Translations under genes and position numbers: made by a program
Notes under the pieces: model-generated
Database searches by the model: none
What the model was told of the DNA's origin: nothing
The model's input: only the letters and a program-made list of their open reading frames with translations
Origin: an uncultured delta proteobacterium
Lineage (GTDB): Bacteria; Desulfobacterota; Binatia; Binatales; Binataceae
Reading direction: 5' to 3'
Assembly: GCA_963724765.1 (NCBI GenBank)
Contig: CAVRVY010000001.1
Location: forward strand, 192,001 to 256,000
Length of the DNA stretch: 64,000 nucleotides
Shown here: in pieces, positions 21,094 to 31,963 of the stretch
How positions within the stretch are numbered: position 1 is the first letter of the stretch
How the letters are laid out: every line of letters starts with the position of its first letter

Positions 21094-21829
21094 TGCGATT
21101 GATCTCCTTGGCGGCGATGGCCAGCGCGTCGCGCCAGTTGAAGCGGAGAACTGCGCTCGGCAAAGTGATTTCGGCGCCTGCAATAAGCGCCGGATCGATG
21201 TTGAACTTTATTCCCGCCGCGGCCCCGATCCGCTGCGCGAGCTGTTCGCGCCATTGCGTCTCTTCTCGCGCGTCGAGTGGGTGAGCGGTCGTGACCACCA
21301 GCGGTGTTTCGCCCACATGTGAAACGAGCGCGCCCCGTTCCGATGGCGAGAGATGGTCCAGGTAGTCCAGGACGCGGGTCAGGAAGACGTGCTCGATGGC
21401 GGGAAAGGCCAGTTCGCGAAGCAGCAGTTGCGCGAGGTTCACGGCCAGTTCGATTGTCTGGGAAAACAATTCCTGGGTGGCGGCGGCGCGTTCTTCGCTG
21501 AGCTGAGTGACCGCCTGATGGCGATTTTTCTCGACTTCCGCGCGGGCTTCATCGAGCATCTTTATCCGTTCTGCGGTAAGTTGTGCGCGCTGCTCGTCGA
21601 TCGCCTTTTGCCGCTCGGCCTCAATTCCCGCTCGCTGCGCCTGAAGGTCCCGCTGCAGATCCGAAGCCTTTTGCTTTTCAGCTGATACCTCTGTCATGCC
21701 TCGCGCAATTTCCTCCTTGCGCTTGGCGACCATCGAACTGACCGGCTTGAACAGAAAGCGCCGGAGCAGCCAGATCAAGATGAGAAAATTGACCGCCTGC
21801 AGCGCGAAGGTCCACCAACTGAAATTCAT
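21077..21829 (-). CDS. atpF: N-type ATPase b subunit with delta-like C-terminal extension
   Basis: [18 protein letters not shown], coiled coil, C-terminal DPALIAG. Confidence 0.9.
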   Translation of the reverse strand: MNFSWWTFALQAVNFLILIWLLRRFLFKPVSSMVAKRKEEIARGMTEVSAEKQKASDLQRDLQAQRAGIEAERQKAIDEQRAQLTAERIKMLDEARAEVEKNRHQAVTQLSEERAAATQELFSQTIELAVNLAQLLLRELAFPAIEHVFLTRVLDYLDHLSPSERGALVSHVGETPLVVTTAHPLDAREETQWREQLAQRIGAAAGIKFNIDPALIAGAEITLPSAVLRFNWRDALAIAAKEINRNEHAG

Positions 21830-22068
21830 CGCGCGAAAGGATTTGCAAAAAGCAGCAGCAAGGCGACTACCAGACAGTAGATCGCCATCGTCTCGATCAT
21901 CGCCAGGCCAACGAACAGGGTGCGCGACAGCGAGCCCGCAGCCTCGGGTTGCCGCGCGATACCTTCCATCGCCGCCGTGATCGCGCGACCTTCGGCGAGC
22001 GCCGGCGAGATCGAGCCGACAGCGACCGCTACTACCGCGCCAATTATGCTAAGCATTTGAACCGTCAT
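21826..22068 (-). CDS. atpE: N-type ATPase c subunit
   Basis: [21 protein letters not shown]. Confidence 0.95.
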   Translation of the reverse strand: MTVQMLSIIGAVVAVAVGSISPALAEGRAITAAMEGIARQPEAAGSLSRTLFVGLAMIETMAIYCLVVALLLLFANPFAR

Positions 22069-22084
22069 CTACTTTCGTCCTCCC

Positions 22085-22753
22085 TCATTTCTCGATTACG
22101 CCGATACCGCCGCCGATATAGACCGTGGCCAAGACGCTGAATATGTAGGCCTGTACCAGGCCAACCAGAATTCCGAACGCCATGAACGGAATCGGCACCA
22201 GCAAACCTGCCAGCGTCAGAATGATCGCAATCACCAGCTCCTCGCTCATGATATTTCCAAACAGACGCATTGCCAGCGAAAACGATCGCGTCAGTTCGGA
22301 CAAAATATTGAACGGCAACATAACCGGATTCGGCCTGAGGTAGCTTTTCAAGTACGTATGAACGCCTTGAACACGTACTCCATAGAAATGTACCGACAGG
22401 AATACTATCGCGGCGAGTGCGGCCGCCGTTTCGATCGACGCGGTCGGTGCTCTGACCCCGGGCACGAGTCCGCTAAGGTTCGCTACTACCAGAAAGATAA
22501 ACAGTGTTCCGAGCAGCGGCAGGAATGGGGCTGCATCACGGTTCAAAAGGGCAGCGATTTGCTCTTCGATTCCATCCACAACAGTTTCGATCATCGCTTG
22601 CCAGCCCCCGGCGTCGACACGAAACCTCCGCGTCACAATCCAGCTCGCGGCGGTCAGCGTCGCCATCAACCCCCATGTGGTTACGACCGTGCCGCTGATA
22701 GGAACGATGCCTACGTGAAAGAGGACTATTGTCTCGAGCGGCGAATGGCTCAT
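22085..22753 (-). CDS. atpB: N-type ATPase a subunit
   Basis: SLAMRLFGNIMS, GLVQAYIF; ATG overlaps the atpR stop. Confidence 0.92.
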   Translation of the reverse strand: MSHSPLETIVLFHVGIVPISGTVVTTWGLMATLTAASWIVTRRFRVDAGGWQAMIETVVDGIEEQIAALLNRDAAPFLPLLGTLFIFLVVANLSGLVPGVRAPTASIETAAALAAIVFLSVHFYGVRVQGVHTYLKSYLRPNPVMLPFNILSELTRSFSLAMRLFGNIMSEELVIAIILTLAGLLVPIPFMAFGILVGLVQAYIFSVLATVYIGGGIGVIEK

Positions 22754-23037
22754 GGATTCCTTTCGAGCGTGAGCCGGTAGTGATTGATTGATATCGTCCG
22801 TATCGCGAGGAACCCTGCGAAGCTTGCGAGCAAGGGCGCGCCGCCTTGCCGGGCGCAGAGCGTGAAGGCCGCGACGGCGACGGCAAGGCGCGAGACGTGG
22901 AGCAGCAACGAGTTCCATCCGGATTCGTGACCTGCGTAAAGCCGGACGTTCCATCCAAGCGCAGCGAAATAAGCGGCGCCGATCAATGCGCCGAGTACGG
23001 CATAGGGCGCTGAACGCCAAATGATCGCTTGTATCAT
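22750..23037 (-). CDS. atpR: N-ATPase AtpR subunit
   Basis: GAAYFAALGWNV...RLAV...GFLAIR; lies between atpQ and atpB. Confidence 0.8.
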   Translation of the reverse strand: MIQAIIWRSAPYAVLGALIGAAYFAALGWNVRLYAGHESGWNSLLLHVSRLAVAVAAFTLCARQGGAPLLASFAGFLAIRTISINHYRLTLERNP

Positions 23038-23342
23038 TCGCTGGTCATCCTCTTCCAAACCGCCCAGTAGCCTAATGCGGCGCCAAGAAGGACCAGCGCC
23101 GCGCTCCAGAACACGCCGCTATCGAAGGTGCGATCGAGCCAGCGTCCAACGAACGCTCCTATGAGAATCGGCGCGACGATTGTCCATCCGAACCGCCCCA
23201 TCATCGCAAGCGCACGGCCCATCGGCCATTCTCCGGTCTTCAGCCAGTGCTCGCGCCGACCGTGCGCCCGCTTTACTGCTTCTTCCATTTCGCGATCGTC
23301 GGCCCTCAACTTGTGATCGCCATGCCCTTGTTCGGTTGCCAC
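23034..23342 (-). CDS. atpQ: AtpZ/AtpQ family protein
   Basis: GRFGWTIVAPILIGAFVGRWLD motif. Confidence 0.85.
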   Translation of the reverse strand: MATEQGHGDHKLRADDREMEEAVKRAHGRREHWLKTGEWPMGRALAMMGRFGWTIVAPILIGAFVGRWLDRTFDSGVFWSAALVLLGAALGYWAVWKRMTSE

Positions 23343-23358
23343 GATCAGCCTGCGCGGT

Positions 23359-23784
23359 TTACTTCAGCGGCTCAGCCCTGAGCGGTCGATCAGTCGGCCG
23401 CAGGTAGCGATAGATTTGCCGAATTGCGGCTTGCTCGAGGCTGAGTGCTCCTGAGCGGGCCGAGCGTTCGGTCTCGACATTCTGCGTCATCGTGGCGAGG
23501 ATTTCGCTGCGCAAATGTCCTAGATCATCGTTTACGACCGCTTCACGGGTGGCTATCTCCACGACCTTGCCATCGCGAACGCGCAGCACGCCGCCGCGCA
23601 CGGCGATGTAGTGCTCGACGCCACCGCCATTGCGCCATCTGACGACGCAGATCGAAAGCGTGGTGAGAAAATCTGCATGCCCCGGTTCGATACCAAAAGC
23701 GCCGCTCGGATCCTCGGCGCGAACGTGGCGAACCAAATCTTCGTTGACCGCTATCGCGGTGGGGGTGGTAACGATCAGTCTCAC
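23359..23784 (-). CDS. atpC: N-type ATPase epsilon subunit
   Basis: GTG start, RLIVTTP, GAFGIEPGHADFL, AVRGGVL. Confidence 0.9.
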   Translation of the reverse strand: MRLIVTTPTAIAVNEDLVRHVRAEDPSGAFGIEPGHADFLTTLSICVVRWRNGGGVEHYIAVRGGVLRVRDGKVVEIATREAVVNDDLGHLRSEILATMTQNVETERSARSGALSLEQAAIRQIYRYLRPTDRPLRAEPLK

Positions 23785-23788
23785 CGGT

Positions 23789-25288
<1,500 letters not shown>

Positions 25289-25419
25289 CTACCGAACTGC
25301 CGACCTGAGGCTCTTCGAGATGTCTTACTTTCGGCAGATTCGATCGCCCAGTTAACAAGGCCGCCAGCCTTCAATCATCCTCTATTCGCCGCGAAGTTTC
25401 CGACAATTCGGCGAACCGG

Positions 25420-25790
25420 CTGAGGCGAGGTAACGGCGCGCTATCTGTAACCGCTCGCTCGACGATGGCCAGGTTCTTGCGCGCGGGTTCATAATCCGGA
25501 TCGATGCGAGTCAGCTTCACCCAAGACGGCGCGAGCATCCTGGTAGTTACCCATCTTCGCATCGATCACCGCCAGAGTATTCTGCGCACCTGGTTGATCA
25601 GGTTCCAGCTTCAGCGGCGCCAGAATTTCTTTGCGTGCCTCCGCCATGAGTCCTGCGCACTCGTACGTGAGACTCAGATTGAAGTGCGTTTCGCTATGCG
25701 CAGGACCTAGCTTTGTGGCGATTGTTAGAGCGTTGATTGCGGCAGGAAACTCATGACGCTCCATGTGAAGAAGGCCAAAATTGTACTGCC
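25420..25790 (-). pseudogene. TPR protein C-terminal fragment, frameshifted
   Basis: YNFGLL...ETHFNLSLTYE...AQNTLAVI / DPDYEPARKNL; collinear with the TPR tail at 2-340. Confidence 0.65.
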
Positions 25791-26379
25791 GTCGGGACAG
25801 CAGCGGAACAGGGCTACTACTCGCCACCTCTAGCCCGAACTTCACACAATCGCGGCGTCGATTTTCGAAATCACTCGCGACGATGAAACTGCGCGACATC
25901 CTTGGCGACTTCCCCAAGGTCACGGTTGCCCACGCCCCACTCGCAGCATGCGCGAGGCTGTCGTGTCCTGTCAGTATGATATCAATTGATTCAGTGGCGG
26001 CGTGGGCCTGCTCAAACTGCCTAAAAACCCGAGAACATCCGCGCTACCTGTCTCAACATCAGCCGGCCGATGCGCCACCAGAACCGCAGTCGCCATCTTC
26101 CACCGAGCCCCTTTCGGCGCGACAGAGGACCACTGGCATCGCAGACTCTATCGCCTTGCCAAGCATGCGGAAAGCACCAACTCTTCAGAGCCAGCTGAGT
26201 ATCGGCGGGACGTAATTGCTTAGAAGCAGCGGTGCTGTAGTCCACATCCTTATGCAGGGCTATCGTCCCGTCGCTCAGGTCGTTGCCGCTCATCTCGTCG
26301 CTCAACTCCTGGGCATTTTTTACCGCCGTCATGCTCTTCATCATGGCCCTCGTGATGAGCCCCCATGCTTGCCGAGGGT

Positions 26380-26790
26380 CTATCGCCCCATCCGGACTGG
26401 AAATGCGGGCCGTCGCGCCGGGATGAACCAGAGGGTCAAGAGCACGAGCATGCCGAACGTGAGATAGACTGCCGTGAACACCCAAGGCGGGGCATTATAG
26501 AAGATCAACCAGTCGAGCCAGTAGCCGATGAAATCGCGCGCGTAGCCGGTGTCACCGGCCCTTAGCCGAAGCGCGTTCTCCAAGCTCGTGAGCGGGCAAC
26601 TGGTTCCAACAAGTGACTCTGCGCATACCAGAAGAATCATCGCCAGGTGCGCGGCACGGAAATAGAAGTTCCGCACCCATCGCCACTGCGCTGCTGAGCC
26701 GATGAGGATCGCCGCGAATCCGACTACGACAATCGCGACATAAGCCGCGTGTACCGCCACAACGATATCGGCCATCATCCGCCAAAGCAT
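26380..26790 (-). CDS. DUF2784-family membrane protein
   Basis: ADIVVAVHAAY, HLAM, CPLTSLENALR, FIGYWL...IFY. Confidence 0.85.
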   Translation of the reverse strand: MLWRMMADIVVAVHAAYVAIVVVGFAAILIGSAAQWRWVRNFYFRAAHLAMILLVCAESLVGTSCPLTSLENALRLRAGDTGYARDFIGYWLDWLIFYNAPPWVFTAVYLTFGMLVLLTLWFIPARRPAFPVRMGR

Positions 26791-26980
26791 GGAATTCTCA
26801 TGATTACTCGCATAGCTCGCATAGGCGAAATCCTACCGCGTCACTTCGATTTTCTCTCCGTGGGCGAGGAATTCGGTGCCGATGCCTGGGCGAACGATGC
26901 CTTGGGCGAGCACATTGCACGGTAGAAATTTGCGGACATCGCGAGTCCTGCGACCGAGTGCCATTTGGGGCAGCTGCGCG

Positions 26981-28360
26981 CTAGTGATGGCCGTGCTGCT
27001 GCGGGGCATGCTGAGCCGGGGCGCCGTGCTGAGGCGGGGGCGCTGCCAGACGCGATAGCGCCCGCACCTGGGCGGTATGACGGTTTTCAAGTGCCTGCTC
27101 ACGGGCAGCCTGCGTACGCTCGAGCGCCTGCTCCTGCTGCATATGCTGGCGCGCGCCGGCCTGCTCCTGTTGCAGATGCTGGCGCTCGAGCGCCTGCACT
27201 TGCTTATCATGCTGGCGCTCTAAGGCTTGCACCTGCTGTTCGTGCTGGCGCGCAACTTGTTGCCATTGCTGCTCGTTGGGGGCACCCTTTGACGCCTGCA
27301 GCACGCTCAGCAACAACCGTCTCAGTTCCAGGGCTCTCAGTTGCTTGATATGCTGCTGCTCCAGCGCCTGCAATTGCGCCCCGTGCTTGCGCTCTTCTAT
27401 CTGCTCCTGTTCGGCATGCTGTCGCTCGAATTTCTCTACCTGGTCGGCATGATGAGCCTCCAGCGTTTGCAGCTGCACGCTATGCTGACGCTCGACCGAT
27501 TGCTGCAGCGTCTGCCTCCATTCCGGATGACGCTGGACTGCAACCTGCGGCTGCTTGACTGCCCACCAATTCACGTCGCGCCAGACATGCTGCTGGTCAT
27601 AGTCGCCCTGCCATTCGGGATGATGCTGGCTCGCCCAGGTGGGGTTATGCTCGTGCCACCACGAGTCGTTGTGCCAGACATGATGGTCGTCGAAGTCGCC
27701 CCACCACTCAGGATGGTTTTCCTGCACCCATTGCGGCTGATGCGCCCACCACCAATCGGCGGGATACCATACGCCTTGATAGTAATCGCCCCACCATTCG
27801 GGGTGATTCTCGCTTACCCAGACGGGGTAGTTCTGATACCACCATCCGGCGGGATACCAGATGCCCCGGTATTCGTTGCCCCACCAGTCAGGATGATTTG
27901 CCAGGAACCACTGGCGCCGATGCCGCCACCACCAGGCGGCGGGATACCAGACGCCGTTGTCGATGAAACCCCACCATTCGGGATGGTTCACCTGCACCCA
28001 CTGGGGTTGGTACTGCCACCACCATCCGGCGGGGTACCACAAGCCTTGATGGTAATCGCCCCACCATTCGGGATGATGCAGCCGGGTCCAAGCCGGTTGG
28101 TTCTGCCACCACCATCCGGCGGGACGCCAGACGTGATCGCTGTCGTAGTCGTCCCACCATTCGGGATGATTCGCGCGGACCCAGTCAGGCTGATTCTCCC
28201 ACCACCACGACGCGTCGTGCCAGACGTGCCCATGGTCGTAGTCGCCCCACACGGGTGCGGGAGGGAGTGGAGAGGGCCAGGACTTGAACTGCGCCAGCGT
28301 GGGTGCCGTCAGCATCAGCATCATGATTGCCGTCGCCGCCAGACTCTTGATTCCGCTCAT
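26981..28360 (-). CDS. Secreted tryptophan-rich tandem-repeat protein with C-terminal coiled coil
   Basis: RBS-like GAAGGG before ATG at 28360; signal peptide ending PTLA; eight W-rich repeats; Q/E/H-rich tail. Confidence 0.8.
   Translation of the reverse strand: MSGIKSLAATAIMMLMLTAPTLAQFKSWPSPLPPAPVWGDYDHGHVWHDASWWWENQPDWVRANHPEWWDDYDSDHVWRPAGWWWQNQPAWTRLHHPEWWGDYHQGLWYPAGWWWQYQPQWVQVNHPEWWGFIDNGVWYPAAWWWRHRRQWFLANHPDWWGNEYRGIWYPAGWWYQNYPVWVSENHPEWWGDYYQGVWYPADWWWAHQPQWVQENHPEWWGDFDDHHVWHNDSWWHEHNPTWASQHHPEWQGDYDQQHVWRDVNWWAVKQPQVAVQRHPEWRQTLQQSVERQHSVQLQTLEAHHADQVEKFERQHAEQEQIEERKHGAQLQALEQQHIKQLRALELRRLLLSVLQASKGAPNEQQWQQVARQHEQQVQALERQHDKQVQALERQHLQQEQAGARQHMQQEQALERTQAAREQALENRHTAQVRALSRLAAPPPQHGAPAQHAPQQHGHH
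27055..27490 (-). repeat. 11-aa (33 bp) repeats, consensus RQHxxQxQALE
   Basis: RQHSVQLQTLE, RQHAEQEQIEE, RQHEQQVQALE, RQHDKQVQALE, RQHMQQEQALE and others. Confidence 0.8.
27518..28249 (-). repeat. Eight tandem 90-93 bp coding repeats (WGDY...WxPAxWWW...W...HPEW)
   Basis: Recurring CCCCACCATTCGGGATG and CCACCATCCGGCGGG on the + strand; 244 codons = 4x31 + 4x30. Confidence 0.92.
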
Positions 28361-28450
28361 TCGCCCTTCGTCCTCCAGCCCATCAACTAACGCGTGAGCC
28401 GCTCGATGCTCTGCCCTTTCCACCAGTTTCCACTTAAACGAGTGTCCGGG

Positions 28451-28730
28451 CTACTGAATGTTCAGAGCGGTCCTATGCGAGCGCCATTCGAGCGGCAGCT
28501 CGATGCGCCGGGTGACTGCTTCTGCAGTAAGACTGGTCGGCTGCCGGCCCTCCACAATGGACTCAACGATATCCGGCGCCAGGAATGCCAAGCGGATCAG
28601 GCGACCTACATAGCGAACGGTGAGCCCGTCGCGCGCAGCGATCTGAGCGAGAGAGGTCGCTTTCCCGGTGCTGATCGCATCGAACCAGCGATGTGCCCGG
28701 GCGACGGCTTTCAACAGCGGCAGATCGACC
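28451..28730 (-). pseudogene. Large serine recombinase C-terminal remnant
   Basis: LLKAVARAHRW...IAARDG...YVGRLIRLAFLAPDIVESIVEGRQP...LPLEW. Confidence 0.7.
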
Positions 28731-28936
28731 GTCGCCTGAACGATTGTGATCCCCTACGATTAGCCGGAACTCAACTCTCCCTCTCCCCCCAGTCGGTCCT
28801 TCAATTTCCGGCAGTCTCTGGAGAATGAGCGAAATTCCCGGGTATCGCGGGACTTCACACCTATTAGAGGATGCCGGAAAATTAGTCATTACGGCGTTGT
28901 GGAATCGCCGATCCTTGACATCCCCCGCTGAATCGC

Positions 28937-29665
28937 ATGCCCACTGCCATTTCGCATCTGACCGATTTCTGCTCCGGCAGGCTGAAGCAGCGGACTCTGC
29001 TGTGGATTTTCATCCCGCTTATTCTGGCGTCATATTTCGGCAGTTTGACGCTCGCAATCTGGATGTTTCCTGGTCCATTCGACTGGCGCACCAGGTCGAT
29101 GTCGAAGCTTCTCTATCCGAGGAACAATCCGCAGTTTCACGCGATAGGCTCCGTTGGAGTGGCCGTGGCGGGCCTGTTGACGATCCCCTTTGCCGGTTAC
29201 ATCGGAAGGCGGCTCCGGGTCATTTCTCCCGTACCGGCAGAGATTGGCGCTCTTGCATTTGGCGCGGGAGCTATCAGTTTGATTCTCGGGGCGCTGATAG
29301 TGTTGCAGCCTTTCCTCCACGAAATGTTCGCGCGGGGCGCAGGCATTTTTCTGGGCCTGGGGATGCTGGCGTTCTACTTGTGCGCCCTTATAGGACTCTC
29401 GGTCCCTTCAAACGAAGGGCACGCCCGGCTTCCGATTTTTCTCGCATGGAGTCTGACCGTGCCACCGGCGCTTCTAGTCGTTGTGCTGCGATTGCTGACT
29501 GCCGCTCATTTTAAATGGTCGAATCCGGTCTATCAGGCGATAGAAAATCGATCGTTGTGGCACCTGGGATTTTGGGAATGGATCGGCTCGATAGCGGTGT
29601 TTCTATTCCTGCTCGGCGCCGCCGTGTTTCTGCCGGAAAATGGGCGTGACGAGACCCGAGCTTGA
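28937..29665 (+). CDS. Multi-pass membrane protein (DUF998-like)
   Basis: About six hydrophobic segments; FDWRTRSMSKL, HEMFA, FWEW. Confidence 0.6.
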   Translation: MPTAISHLTDFCSGRLKQRTLLWIFIPLILASYFGSLTLAIWMFPGPFDWRTRSMSKLLYPRNNPQFHAIGSVGVAVAGLLTIPFAGYIGRRLRVISPVPAEIGALAFGAGAISLILGALIVLQPFLHEMFARGAGIFLGLGMLAFYLCALIGLSVPSNEGHARLPIFLAWSLTVPPALLVVVLRLLTAAHFKWSNPVYQAIENRSLWHLGFWEWIGSIAVFLFLLGAAVFLPENGRDETRA

Positions 29666-29725
29666 CGCTTGCTTGACTTGGTGACCAACATGAGGCGGTC
29701 GTAACAGTCGGCGGGAGTTCGATCG

Positions 29726-30364
29726 GTGCCGGGGTTCTGTCGAGTGCTGCTTGCGACGGCATTTGCGATCGTTGCCGCAAGCCGCGGCGTTTTCGCCTTC
29801 GACCTCGACCAAGTCCTGACCAAGGACACAAAGGTTGTATCGGTCGAGGGAGCGCTTGCGCACTTCGGCTCGCGCCTGAATAACGGTCTGGGCTACGTCC
29901 AGGCATGGAATCTGGGCGCACGTTTCTCCCTGCTCCCATTCGGCGTCACGCGCTCGCAGCTCCTAGGCGGTATGGCCGATGGAGCGGTCGAGATCGGCCT
30001 CGAGCCGACCTTCCAGCGCTTCAACACGGTGCATCAGAACTTCGCCGGCCTTGGATTGGACGTCAGATACTACCTCGTGCACTTCCGTCGTGGGCGATTC
30101 GTGCCCTGGATAAATGCCTCGATCGCGCCCGGCGGCACCGATCTACGGATGGGCAGCAGCGTTAGCGAGACGCGCCTGAGCGGACCATTCATGAACCTGA
30201 TACAGGCAGGAGTCGGCGTCTCGTATTTCGTCACAGAGCGCAGCGCCGTCTACACCGGTCTGAATGCGCAGCACATCTCGAACGCCGGCCTCAACGGAAG
30301 CCAGGACAATTTCGCCCTTAATACTCCGGTCGGCGTTGTGTTGGGGATGTCGTGGTTTTTCTAG
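29726..30364 (+). CDS. PagL-like lipid A 3-O-deacylase / acyloxyacyl hydrolase beta-barrel
   Basis: HISNAG catalytic motif; beta-barrel pattern; terminal WFF. Confidence 0.75.
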   Translation: MPGFCRVLLATAFAIVAASRGVFAFDLDQVLTKDTKVVSVEGALAHFGSRLNNGLGYVQAWNLGARFSLLPFGVTRSQLLGGMADGAVEIGLEPTFQRFNTVHQNFAGLGLDVRYYLVHFRRGRFVPWINASIAPGGTDLRMGSSVSETRLSGPFMNLIQAGVGVSYFVTERSAVYTGLNAQHISNAGLNGSQDNFALNTPVGVVLGMSWFF

Positions 30365-30548
30365 AGCGGGCAGCAACAACCAAACGTGCTTGGTCCCCAC
30401 GTTAGCGTGGTAAGTCCGGTCTAAAACGCACGCCTGGGAGCGTGTAAACTTGGAAGCGTTGCGGGGGGGGGCAAATGCCCGCCACTCCGCCAGATGAGCA
30501 ACTGTCCTAATCTGAGGGCAAGTGTCCTAGTTCGAAAGGCGGAGTGTC

Positions 30549-30794
30549 CTATTTTCCTTTGAGGCGCGGATCGTCGCTAGCGATGCATCGCCACGAGGCA
30601 AAGAATGCCTGTGGACCGGGATATTTCTCAGCGGCGTGTTCTTTGCCCTTTTCGCAGTCAGCCGCAGAGTCGTACACTCCATATTGGAACCAACGCGTTA
30701 ATGGCGCGCCAGTGACATAGGAGCCATTAAGTTTAGGCGGCGCGAGCAGATACCAGCCAATCAGCGCGAGCACAGCGATGTGGCGTGCCTTCAT
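30549..30794 (-). CDS. Small secreted protein (GWYLxxPP...C...CIASDDPRL)
   Basis: Hydrophobic N-terminus, two Cys, distinctive C-terminal motif. Confidence 0.65.
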   Translation of the reverse strand: MKARHIAVLALIGWYLLAPPKLNGSYVTGAPLTRWFQYGVYDSAADCEKGKEHAAEKYPGPQAFFASWRCIASDDPRLKGK

Positions 30795-31129
30795 GCGAGC
30801 TTTCTAGCTTACACCCACCAAAAGCGAAAGCCTAAGCAGGAGGGCTCGGCCTTTCTAAACGCTCTACCTGCACCAGGCAAACGGCCAGCACTATCGTGGC
30901 CGACCTTTCTTCGCAGTCAAGCCAGTGCGTTCGGCCAGTATCCCGAGGAACGAACGAGGGGACACGCGGGCCTGCAGGGTAAGTCCTGTTGGGTCAAGCT
31001 CATGCGATCCGCGGCTGCGCAGATTGCGACGGTAGGGGTTGGCTCTGGCGTGGCTTTGGCCGACAACAGCCCACCCTCAATGCTCGAGGAATTAGTCTGC
31101 GGTCCGCCCAGGGAGCGAGCGAACTGCTG

Positions 31130-31268
31130 TGCACCATCGACCAGCGTTCGCAATCGTCGCGAGGGCGGTGATAAAAAGCAACACGGCAAGTATGGAATAG
31201 ACGACTAGTTCCGCTTTGCCCAGATACTCGTTAATGCGAGTGCGGAAGCTGTCTTTGTCGTTGACCAT
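31130..31268 (-). pseudogene. Possible PsiE-like membrane protein N-terminal fragment
   Basis: YLGKAELVVYSILAVLLFITALA, then similarity is lost. Confidence 0.3.
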
Positions 31269-31664
31269 GTTGCTCGCTACCAAGGTCAGTGGCCCGTCTA
31301 CATTTGTGTCCTTGCCGTTGACTTGTTGCCTTCGTAAACAGCCGACGATGAGCAAGTCGAAATTTTTGCTCGCCGGGACGTCGAGGGTTCATCCGGAGTT
31401 TCCATTTTGGGTCCGGACTCAAACGTCTTGTATAACAAAACGGATTCGGTTTGCATACCCGCAGCCTAGTTTTGCGCGCAGGGCGATTCCAGCATCCCCA
31501 GGGAGGGATGAGGGTAGACGACCTCCCGCAAAAGTGAGGCAAGCTGCAGCAACGGCCGCGGTGATACTAGCTCGAAAAGATCAACAGTGTTGCGCTGCGA
31601 AGCGGTCCATATATGATCCGCGCGGATTCATTGGTGGTTTCGATCGCCTACGGAAAGTCTGCGT

Positions 31665-31931
31665 TCATGGCGATGCCGAACAGAGGAGCATTGTCGATCG
31701 CCCGAAGCGAACTCCGAACCCGCACGGCATTGGTGTTAAAAATGATCGCGCTCCGCCACCAAATTCCAGTGCTGATGCGCAACCGAAGTTCTCGGCTGTG
31801 CTTGCCTCCTTTGGACTAGCTGCTCTGCGACTGGACAGTTCCGGGCACCATTGGCCCTCTCCTTGTCGAACGATCCATATCCAGACCGCGGTTCCCGACG
31901 CTAATTTGCTTGGCTCACATGGGTCCATCAA
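31665..31931 (-). pseudogene. Degenerate third copy of PWWP/Tudor-like gene (N-terminus only)
   Basis: MDPCEPSKLASGTAVWIWIVRQGEGQW aligns with MEPSEVKELKLGTPVWVWIVRFGRGRW. Confidence 0.6.
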
Positions 31932-31963
31932 AATCTCTCTCCATCACTACTTCCGGGTGGTTG

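Noticed and set aside
25800-26370. Overlapping ORFs on both strands upstream of the TPR remnant
   Set aside because: No coherent coding signal or recognisable domain.
27518-28249. Regularly spaced DNA repeats considered as a CRISPR array
   Set aside because: Repeats are degenerate, period is a multiple of three inside an ORF, and no cas genes are present.
27341-28390. 349-aa + strand ORF with Pro/Met/Val repeats
   Set aside because: Antisense shadow of the Trp-rich gene, which has the RBS and signal peptide.
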